Below are positions 32,686 to 38,963 of a DNA stretch of 38,963 nucleotides, piece by piece. Source of the DNA: a virus. Numbering within the stretch: position 1 is the stretch's first letter; each line of letters begins with the position of its first letter. The stretch covers positions 1 through 38,963 of the IMG/VR virus record IMGVR_UViG_3300025528_000014. The stretch is one strand, 5' to 3'. The translations under genes were made by a program, and so were the position numbers. Below the pieces are notes generated by a model that worked only from the letters and a program-made list of their open reading frames with translations, was not told the origin of the DNA and ran no database searches.

Positions 32686-33386
32686 TGGTCGAGATCAGGC
32701 CGTTGGCATCCGGGAGCGCTGGGAACTGCTACCATCTCACCGATGGTAGCACTCCCCTACTTCTGGAGTGTGGAATCCCGTTCAAAGAAATCCGACGGCG
32801 GCTGAATTTTCGTACTTCGGACGTGTCCGCATGTCTGGTAACGCATGAGCATCAGGATCATTGCATGGCTCTGGATGATGTTCTGCGGGCCGGGATCGAC
32901 GTGTACGCCTCGAAAGGCACGATTGAGGCTGTGGGGATCACCCACCACCGTCTGCGGCCTGTGGAGGCACGCAGGGCGGTCAGAATCGGCACATGGAACG
33001 TCATGCCGTTCGAGACGGAGCATAACGCGGCGGAACCGCTCGGGTTCCTGATGGCTAGCAAGACTGGCGAGAAAGTGCTGTTTGCCACGGACACTTACTA
33101 TCTCCGCTATCGGTTCTGGGGACTGACGCACATCATGATCGAGTGTAACTATTCTCGAGATGTGCTTCGTGAGAATGTGGCGGCTGGCGTGGTTCCGAGG
33201 ATGCTGGCCCGGAAGGTGCTTCGGGCGCACTTCTCGTTGGAAAACGTTAAAGATTTCTTCCGGGCGAACGACTTGAGCGCAGTACAAGAAATCTGGCTCA
33301 TTCACCTGTCGGATCGGAATGCTGACGCGGAGAGGTTCAAACGTGAGATACAGGCCGTGACCGGCAAACCGGTTTATATCGCGTGA
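32682..33386 (+). CDS. MBL-fold metallo-hydrolase (probable recombination exonuclease partner)
   Basis: HEHQDH motif. Coupled to recT. Confidence 0.8.
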   Translation: MMVEIRPLASGSAGNCYHLTDGSTPLLLECGIPFKEIRRRLNFRTSDVSACLVTHEHQDHCMALDDVLRAGIDVYASKGTIEAVGITHHRLRPVEARRAVRIGTWNVMPFETEHNAAEPLGFLMASKTGEKVLFATDTYYLRYRFWGLTHIMIECNYSRDVLRENVAAGVVPRMLARKVLRAHFSLENVKDFFRANDLSAVQEIWLIHLSDRNADAERFKREIQAVTGKPVYIA

Positions 33387-33400
33387 AAGGGGCGGCTGGT

Positions 33401-34357
33401 ATGTCAGGGTGGATCAAAGACTATCGCAAGGAACTGGAAAGCGACATCTGGATGATGCCGCCCCTGTATCACCGCGTGTGGCAGTATCTCAAGTACATGG
33501 CGAACCACGCACCGACTAAATTCCCAATGTCCGATGGGACGTTCTTTGAAATCGGTGTAGGCCAGCATCTGACGTCTATTCGGAAGATTGCGAAGGGCGT
33601 TGCGTGGATGGAAGGGCGGGAATATCACGAGCCGAACCCGAAGACGATTCAAAAAATATTGCTGTGGTTGGAGCGCATGAATATGATCCGCATAGATCGC
33701 GGAAGGGGTAACAGGGAATACACGCTCATAACCATTGTAAATTGGGCGTTTTATCAGGCTTCGGATGAGGAAGGGGTAACAGCTAGTACCACAGCTAGTA
33801 CCACACCTAGTACCACAGCTAGTACCACAGCTAGTGGATATAAACAAGAATATATAAAGAATGATAAGAATGAAAAGAAGAATAAAGATACTAATATCCT
33901 TACGGATATTAGTATCGTTGACACTCCTTCCGAAACCGAATCCGAACCTGAACCGAAACCGAAGTTTGGAGACGATCATGAAGCGACTATGCTGACCCGT
34001 CTACTGGCAAAGCTGATGCTCCAGAACAATCCAAATGCGCGAATACCGAAAGTGGAGAAGGACGCGCAAAAGTGGATCGCCGAAATGGAGCGCATACACC
34101 GGCTGGACGGTTACAGTTACGACGAGATCAAGCAGGTCATCATTTGGTGCCAGAACGACGAGTTTTGGAAGGCAAACATCCTTTCGACGAAGAAGTTGCG
34201 CGAGAAGATGCCGACGCTGGTGTTGCAAATGAGACGGAAAGGAAACCAACCGCAGGGACGTTCTCAGTCACGGTATGAACGGACTGTGAGCGTGCTGGAC
34301 AGGCTGTATCGGGAGGCTGAAGAAAGTGAACAGGCAGGAAGTCATCAAGCTCATTAG
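33401..34357 (+). CDS. Replication initiator / replisome organiser with an internal origin
   Basis: Position upstream of the helicase loader gene. Iterons, an AT-rich tract and a palindrome lie inside the gene. An alternative GTG start is at 33383. Confidence 0.6.
   Translation: MSGWIKDYRKELESDIWMMPPLYHRVWQYLKYMANHAPTKFPMSDGTFFEIGVGQHLTSIRKIAKGVAWMEGREYHEPNPKTIQKILLWLERMNMIRIDRGRGNREYTLITIVNWAFYQASDEEGVTASTTASTTPSTTASTTASGYKQEYIKNDKNEKKNKDTNILTDISIVDTPSETESEPEPKPKFGDDHEATMLTRLLAKLMLQNNPNARIPKVEKDAQKWIAEMERIHRLDGYSYDEIKQVIIWCQNDEFWKANILSTKKLREKMPTLVLQMRRKGNQPQGRSQSRYERTVSVLDRLYREAEESEQAGSHQAH
33781..33836. repeat. Iterons: 4.6 tandem copies of a 12-bp unit A(G/C)CTAGTACCAC
   Basis: Read directly: agctagtaccac twice, acctagtaccac, agctagtaccac, then the first 8 nt (agctagtg) of a partial fifth unit. 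Confidence 0.9.
33887..33916. repeat. Perfect 13-bp inverted repeat GATACTAATATCC / TTAC / GGATATTAGTATC
   Basis: Read directly. It lies immediately after an AT-rich tract of about 50 nt. Confidence 0.9.
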
Positions 34358-34856
34358 GGTTTGCTCCGTGAATTATCGCGGCTGGCCGGAGGAAGGCAAG
34401 GAAGAAGACACTGTTTTGCTGTGGGAGACCATGCTCGGCGATATGCCTTTTGAGATCGGACAGGCGGCGGTCAAGGCGCATATGAGTCGGTCGCCGTTCC
34501 CGCCGACCATCGCTGATATTCGGGAGGCGGCAAGAAGTCTGACCGAGCATCACCTGTCCGCGATGGAATCGTGGCAAATGGTTGTCGATGCGATCCGCCG
34601 CTTCGGGTACTACAACGAAGATAAGGCGCTGGCGAGCCTGCCGACCGATGTGGCTGATATGGTACGCCGATTCTCATGGCGCGAGCTGTGCCTTTCCGAA
34701 CAGCCGGACGTGCTTCGCGCCCAATGGCGGATGGCGTGGGAAAACAAGCTCAAGAACGACCGCGAATTCGGTGTTCTGCCGCCTGATGTGAAGGCGCTTG
34801 CCGAGGGAGCCGCTCAACGATTTAAGATGCTGGAAGGCGGACGAAAGGCTGAGTGA
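34326..34856 (+). CDS. G39P-like replicative helicase loader/inhibitor
   Basis: GGGAGG lies 9 nt upstream of the GTG. N-terminal pattern VIKLIRVCSVNYRGWP...LWETMLGDMPFEIGQAAVKAHMSRSPFPPTIADI. Confidence 0.6.
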   Translation: MNRQEVIKLIRVCSVNYRGWPEEGKEEDTVLLWETMLGDMPFEIGQAAVKAHMSRSPFPPTIADIREAARSLTEHHLSAMESWQMVVDAIRRFGYYNEDKALASLPTDVADMVRRFSWRELCLSEQPDVLRAQWRMAWENKLKNDREFGVLPPDVKALAEGAAQRFKMLEGGRKAE

Positions 34857-34862
34857 TGGGCC

Positions 34863-35207
34863 GTGGTGTATATCGCCTGTGAAGAGCTGAATTTTCTGTG
34901 GCGCGAGCAGGACGTGGAGAAGGTCGAGCGGTTGTGGCGAGAAGGGTATGACATCCGCGCTATCGCGAAAGCCGTTAGACGGCATGTGGACGAGGTGGCA
35001 GTTTTAATTATGGATCGCGTGCGTTACGGGGCGCTGAAACGCCGCCCGACGGGCGTGTTCGGGAAAATGGAGGATAACGATGCGGATCAAAGCACCGAAC
35101 AACTACTGCGACGGATGCGTGTGGGGAAAGGTAGATCGTCAGTTGAAGCTGGTTTTTTGTCCGTTCTCCCGGTGCCAACGGCGGAACCTGACCATCGAGC
35201 GAAATAA
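34863..35207 (+). CDS. Hypothetical protein (possible HTH); 3' extent uncertain
   Basis: The N-terminal 70 aa look protein-like. The tail overlaps a better-supported ORF at 35080. Confidence 0.4.
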   Translation: MVYIACEELNFLWREQDVEKVERLWREGYDIRAIAKAVRRHVDEVAVLIMDRVRYGALKRRPTGVFGKMEDNDADQSTEQLLRRMRVGKGRSSVEAGFLSVLPVPTAEPDHRAK

Positions 35208-35241
35208 CGTTGCCAAAAAGAAACATGTTTCTAGGCGCTAG
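35080..35241 (+). CDS. Small zinc-ribbon-like protein (53 aa, absent from the ORF track)
   Basis: GGAGGA lies 5 nt upstream. Hand-translated as MRIKAPNNYCDGCVWGKVDRQLKLVFCPFSRCQRRNLTIERNNVAKKKHVSRR, with CxxC and CxxxxC pairs. Confidence 0.5.
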   Translation: MRIKAPNNYCDGCVWGKVDRQLKLVFCPFSRCQRRNLTIERNNVAKKKHVSRR

Positions 35242-35345
35242 GAAACGCCTCTGTGGCGCTTTTAGGATCGTTGGTAATGGTTTTATATTACCTGACCTGC
35301 TTCCGGGCCACAGCGGCCAAATTTGGGGGCGAGAGGTGTGTCCAA

Positions 35346-35516
35346 ATGATTCCGGTCGAGGCTATCGAGCGATTGATCGACGATTTTCGGACGCGAATAG
35401 AAAAGCTGGAGCAGTACGAGTGGATTGAATATATCAATGGCGGCATGAGGGCGTATGAAACGGCGATTCGAGAACTGCAAAAGGTGGTGGACGACTATGG
35501 GTCGCGCAAGTCGTGA
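35346..35516 (+). CDS. Small hypothetical protein
   Basis: ATG follows GAGAGGTG. 56 aa. Confidence 0.45.
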   Translation: MIPVEAIERLIDDFRTRIEKLEQYEWIEYINGGMRAYETAIRELQKVVDDYGSRKS

Positions 35517-35805
35517 CAAAGGACTACGCGGCGAGCGGGAATTCGCGGAACTGGTAGCCGGGCGCAGGGTGCCGCTGTCTGGGGCGCAGGAGGGATTCGG
35601 AAACGATGTTGAAGTGCCCACCCCTATAGGGACTATTCGGGCTGAAGTGAAGCGGCGGAAAGGCGGGTTTTCGACGCTATATGGCTGGCTGGAGGATGAG
35701 AGGGAAAGACCGGACATCGTGGCGTTCCGGGCGGATAGGAAGCCGTGGTTGGTGGCGATGCCGGTGGAGACGTTTCTAAAGCTGATTGGGAGGGGTTCGG
35801 AATGA
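35497..35805 (+). CDS. Putative Holliday-junction resolvase (PD-(D/E)xK, Hjc-like)
   Basis: MGRASRDKGLRGEREFAELV...D.E.K is the pattern typical of small phage resolvases. Confidence 0.55.
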   Translation: MGRASRDKGLRGEREFAELVAGRRVPLSGAQEGFGNDVEVPTPIGTIRAEVKRRKGGFSTLYGWLEDERERPDIVAFRADRKPWLVAMPVETFLKLIGRGSE

Positions 35806-36350
35806 ACTGCGTGTTTAATACAATCGAAACTCTGTATGAAATGCAAAAAAAGCTGGATGAGCTGATCATCAGGGAAAAGGGGCTGGAAGGGCAGGACTTG
35901 CTTCCGAACACAGTGCTGGCCCTGCAAGTCGAGATTGGGGAACTTGCCAACGAATGGCGCGGGTTTAAGCATTGGAGCAATGATCGGGAGCCTCGTTTTA
36001 ACGTATTGATCGTAGGGGATGAGTGTGGCAAGGAGCGGATTGAAAACCGCGTGCTTGAAGAATACGTTGACTGTCTCCATTTCTTCCTGAGCATTGCGCG
36101 GCAACTGGATGTTCCTGTCGAAAAACTCAAACATACGAATTCATTGGTTTTTGAAAGAGGAATCGTCAATGTATTTTCTGGACTGATGGTGTCCGTCGGC
36201 ATGATAAGAGTCTACGAACCGGCTTTCTATCATTCATGGAATGAATTTATTGCGCTGGGAGAATGTCTCGGATTTACGTGGGATGAGATCGCCGCCGCGT
36301 ACATGGATAAAAACCGCGTCAATCATGAGCGGCAGAAAAACGGATATTGA
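35802..36350 (+). CDS. dut: Dimeric (all-alpha) dUTPase / MazG-like NTP pyrophosphohydrolase
   Basis: LYEMQKKLDELI, ALQVEIGELANEWRGFKHW and the C-terminal YMDKNRVNHERQKNGY match the dUTPase_2 pattern. Confidence 0.7.
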   Translation: MNCVFNTIETLYEMQKKLDELIIREKGLEGQDLLPNTVLALQVEIGELANEWRGFKHWSNDREPRFNVLIVGDECGKERIENRVLEEYVDCLHFFLSIARQLDVPVEKLKHTNSLVFERGIVNVFSGLMVSVGMIRVYEPAFYHSWNEFIALGECLGFTWDEIAAAYMDKNRVNHERQKNGY

Positions 36351-36360
36351 GGTGGGAGCG

Positions 36361-36588
36361 ATGATCGGAATAAGCGAGGAAACGGCCTGCCTGCTCTTGT
36401 TGATCTTTCATGCTTTCGCAACCGTTTTTTGGGCATACGCTACGCGCCAGTGTATATCTGGGGAGCGTATCGTTAGGCCGGACGTAGACCGAATTTTTAT
36501 CGTCGGGGCTGTGCTCCTAATGGCGGTATCAAACCTAGAAAAAGCCATTGACATGTTTGGAGAACTGAAAAAGTTTTACGGCTGGTGA
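36361..36588 (+). CDS. Small membrane protein
   Basis: GAGGTGGG RBS. Two hydrophobic segments. Confidence 0.5.
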   Translation: MIGISEETACLLLLIFHAFATVFWAYATRQCISGERIVRPDVDRIFIVGAVLLMAVSNLEKAIDMFGELKKFYGW

Positions 36589-36610
36589 TTGGAAGAAAGG
36601 AGCCTGAACC

Positions 36611-37009
36611 ATGTATCGCGGAAAGCGGAAAGATACCGGCGAATGGGTGTATGGGTATTTGATCGGCAAAGACGTTATTGTCGGTGACATCGTGGAGTTC
36701 TGCGAAGAATACTTCAACTGCGAATACTGGTGGCGCGTCGATCCCAAAACCGTGGGTCGATACATCGGCGAACATGACAAGAAAGGTGTAGATGCTTATG
36801 AGGGGGACATCGTAAAAGGGCATGTCCTCAATTGCGAGACAGGACGGTATGTTAATTTCATCGGCGTGGTCAAATTTCGTAACGCTGCTTACGTACTCGA
36901 TGGATATAGCAAATACTTGAAAGCAAAAAGATACAACGAGAAATTTTATCGATCGTTCGAAATCATCGGCAACATCCATGACCACCCCCATCTGCTGAAA
37001 GGAGCCTAA
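36611..37009 (+). CDS. YopX-family protein (copy 1)
   Basis: YRGKRKDTGEWVYGY...VDPKTVGRYIGEHDKKGVDAYEGDIV...IIGNIHDHPHLL. Confidence 0.8.
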   Translation: MYRGKRKDTGEWVYGYLIGKDVIVGDIVEFCEEYFNCEYWWRVDPKTVGRYIGEHDKKGVDAYEGDIVKGHVLNCETGRYVNFIGVVKFRNAAYVLDGYSKYLKAKRYNEKFYRSFEIIGNIHDHPHLLKGA

Positions 37010-37012
37010 AAC

Positions 37013-37402
37013 ATGCGTCAATATCGCGGACGAATCAAAGATAGCACCGTATGGGTTTACGAATATTACATCAAAAGCCCGCTAGGTATTGCAAGGATAT
37101 GGTCGCCTATCACAAAGGATAACGGTGAGTCGTATTTGTATGACTACGTTGTCGATCCCGAAACCGTGGGGCAATCGACCGGCCTGAAAGACAAGAACGG
37201 ACATGAAGCATATGAAGGCGATATTTTCGTGGATTTGACAGACGGTTATTGCTGGAGCATCGCATACATGGACGGGTATTACTGTGCAATAAGCGGTGAT
37301 GAAACCCTGATGTTGCATGAGTTTTTGGAAAACGGAAAGCTTGACGCTGAAATCATCGGCAACATCTATGAGAACCCGAGATTATTGGAGGGACGAACAT
37401 GA
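37013..37402 (+). CDS. YopX-family protein (copy 2)
   Basis: YRGRIKDSTVWVYEY...VDPETVGQSTGLKDKNGHEAYEGDIF...IIGNIYENPRLL. Confidence 0.8.
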   Translation: MRQYRGRIKDSTVWVYEYYIKSPLGIARIWSPITKDNGESYLYDYVVDPETVGQSTGLKDKNGHEAYEGDIFVDLTDGYCWSIAYMDGYYCAISGDETLMLHEFLENGKLDAEIIGNIYENPRLLEGRT

Positions 37403-37566
37403 ACATCGGAGAATTTGATCAGGTTAAAGCGGCGATGAAAGATTTTGCAGAAATTTTAGCGTCATATAAAAAAGACTTAGAAAAACTAGGGTTTACATCT
37501 TTGGAGATCGTTGCGTTACTCACATCGTTTCAAATGACCATGTTGGGCGGGAAAAGAATGATATGA
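37399..37566 (+). CDS. Small hypothetical protein (55 aa, absent from the ORF track)
   Basis: ATGA coupling to the upstream gene, with a GGAGGGA RBS. Hand-translated as MNIGEFDQVKAAMKDFAEILASYKKDLEKLGFTSLEIVALLTSFQMTMLGGKRMI. Confidence 0.5.
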   Translation: MNIGEFDQVKAAMKDFAEILASYKKDLEKLGFTSLEIVALLTSFQMTMLGGKRMI

Positions 37567-37685
37567 AAACAAGAATTGTTATATAAAAAGTCCTCTACAA
37601 AGTTATGTAGGGGGTAAACACAGAACAAGCGTCCCCGCACCTATATATGGGACAACCCCGAACTACTGAAAGGAGACGAGAAAGA

Positions 37686-37964
37686 ATGATATGGTTGACG
37701 CTCAAAAGCAACGGAAATCCAATCTATATAGCGCCTGAAAACATTACGGCTATCTGTGACAACAAAGAAGGCGGAGCAGAAGTATATTCCGGTCACGACT
37801 TTACGCTTGTCCGAGAGACAGCCGCCGAAGTCGCCCGCAAGGTTTTGGAGTGGCGGTTGGAAATGGAAGCGTACAAGCAATCCGTACTTGGAAACAATTT
37901 CAATATATCGGCAGATTGTGCTTCGAGGTTGCGACTTCTGGCTGGATTGGAGGAACCGGCATGA
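37686..37964 (+). CDS. Hypothetical protein
   Basis: ATG follows AAAGGAGA. 92 aa. Confidence 0.5.
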   Translation: MIWLTLKSNGNPIYIAPENITAICDNKEGGAEVYSGHDFTLVRETAAEVARKVLEWRLEMEAYKQSVLGNNFNISADCASRLRLLAGLEEPA

Positions 37965-38356
37965 GCATAGACGGACTCAAAAGAGAGCAAGTGTTGGCCA
38001 TGAAGCCGGGTCGCTTACTGGATGCGCTGGTGGCGGAATATATTGTCGGAATGAAAGAACACAGAAAGGCATATCCAGAATCATTTGATGAACGAGTCAT
38101 ATGGTTTCGTAATCCGCCAAATGTAACAGCGTACTACGTACCGTTTTATTCCACCGACATATCCGCCGCATGGGTAGTGGTTGAGATGTTTTCGTACATC
38201 GACATTCATAGGTATGACGACTTCTTTGCGTGTGCGATCTATCCGATTGGTAGTTCTGCGGTGATCCGCGCTCGTGGAAAAACAATGCCCGAAGCTATCT
38301 GCAAAGCCGCCCTTCTGACGGTGATGGATGGGGAGGATGAACATGAACGCGATTGA
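37961..38356 (+). CDS. Phage ABA-sandwich-domain-like protein
   Basis: LLDALVAEYIVGM...STDISAAWVVVE...MPEAICKAALL is the characteristic pattern. ATGA coupling to the upstream gene. Confidence 0.55.
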   Translation: MSIDGLKREQVLAMKPGRLLDALVAEYIVGMKEHRKAYPESFDERVIWFRNPPNVTAYYVPFYSTDISAAWVVVEMFSYIDIHRYDDFFACAIYPIGSSAVIRARGKTMPEAICKAALLTVMDGEDEHERD

Positions 38357-38666
38357 TCGTGAAAGGTTATTGAAGTGGCTCAAAAGCCTTGACAGTACGT
38401 ATGTCAGAAACGAAATCATTATGAAAATCGAATCCGGCGCCTTCGACATCAAACCGCCGGAGGTGCCGGACCTGAAACCGGGTGACCAAGTGCGACACAA
38501 GAAAGAAAAGGCATTTATTCGCGGACATGTCCTTGAGATATCCAAGTCCGGGAAAACCGCTCGGGTGGAATGGGTTGAATACGACCGGAATGTATTCCGT
38601 TATGGCGCACCATGGCCCGCCTATTACCACATCGACAAACTAGAGAAGGTGGAAACCCATGACTGA
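38343..38666 (+). CDS. Hypothetical protein
   Basis: ATG follows GGGGAGGA. 107 aa. Confidence 0.5.
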   Translation: MNAIDRERLLKWLKSLDSTYVRNEIIMKIESGAFDIKPPEVPDLKPGDQVRHKKEKAFIRGHVLEISKSGKTARVEWVEYDRNVFRYGAPWPAYYHIDKLEKVETHD

Positions 38667-38963
38667 CACCGAAAAGAAGATCGCGGAGATTCGGAAATCG
38701 GCTGAAGAAGCACGGAAAACCGATAGATCGTGGGTTGACGGACAAGATTATGCCGATGACGTCGAGTTCCTGCTGGACGAGTTGGAACGGGAGCGCGCCG
38801 CGCATAACGCGCATGTGGCGGAGTTGTGCGAGTTGGTAAAAGAAAACCGGAAACTGCTGGAGGAACGGGACGAGGCAAGAAGTAAAGCAGAGGAAGCGTG
38901 GAAAGAGATTGACTCACTGGAAGAACAACTCCTATCCTCCCAACAGGAGATTGAGCGGTTGCG
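38659..38963 (+). CDS. 5' part of the junction-spanning coiled-coil hypothetical protein (continues at 100..277 on the circle)
   Basis: ATG 38659. The ORF stays open to the window end and is in frame with the ORF ending at 277. Confidence 0.7.
   Translation, partial: MTDTEKKIAEIRKSAEEARKTDRSWVDGQDYADDVEFLLDELERERAAHNAHVAELCELVKENRKLLEERDEARSKAEEAWKEIDSLEEQLLSSQQEIERL
38865..38963. repeat. Terminal direct repeat, copy 2 (identical to 1..99)
   Basis: Base-by-base identity with 1..99. Confidence 0.95.

Noticed and set aside
33781-33836. Tandem 12-bp repeats, considered as a possible CRISPR array.
   Set aside because: The units are contiguous with no spacers, are only 12 bp long, and lie in frame inside a coding region. 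They fit replication iterons or a peptide linker, not CRISPR.
35209-35220. A fourth copy of the GTTGCCAAAA promoter box (and a fifth at 17452..17463), considered as functional promoters.
   Set aside because: No acceptable -10 hexamer lies 16-19 nt downstream (TAGGCG and GTTCAG respectively). Both sit inside or at the edge of coding sequence. They are mentioned only as degenerate copies.
37567-37685. The 119-nt intergenic gap, checked for a tRNA or other RNA gene.
   Set aside because: No cloverleaf-compatible arms are present, only one imperfect 7-bp hairpin (CCTCTAC/GTAGGGG). It most likely holds just the RBS and leader for the gene at 37686.

Overview
The window is a complete, circularly closed dsDNA phage genome. 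Bases 1..99 are repeated exactly at 38865..38963, so the unique length is about 38,864 bp, and one ORF runs across the junction. All credible genes (about 75) are on the + strand. I found no integrase, CI-type repressor, tRNA or CRISPR array. Gene content points to a contractile-tailed phage of a Firmicute, possibly Bacillales; that host guess is weak.

Order on the circle:
- Early promoter at about 28870.
- Cro-like and Xis-like HTH proteins.
- Rad50/SbcC-like ATPase, RecT and an MBL-fold hydrolase.
- Replication initiator with an internal iteron origin, then a G39P-like helicase loader.
- Holliday-junction resolvase-like nuclease, dimeric dUTPase, two YopX proteins and many small ORFs.
- RinA/ArpU-like late activator.
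- A low-GC island: ArdC-like protein, ParB-like protein, C5-cytosine DNA methyltransferase and a CmoA homologue.
- TerS, TerL, portal, Mu-F-like head protein, scaffold and capsid.
- Head-tail connectors, sheath, tube and a frameshifted tail chaperone.
- A membrane-protein insertion, tape measure, and XkdP/Q/R/S/T/U-like baseplate proteins.
- Tail fibre, holins, an HNH endonuclease and an amidase endolysin.

The most interesting signal is the translationally coupled methyltransferase and CmoA-like gene pair at 4808..6594. The methyltransferase carries Arg in place of the conserved motif X Asn (GRAVPP instead of GNAVPP). I interpret this as a candidate natural system that makes carboxy-SAM and writes 5-carboxymethylcytosine into phage DNA. 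All family calls come from reading motifs by eye; no database search was run.
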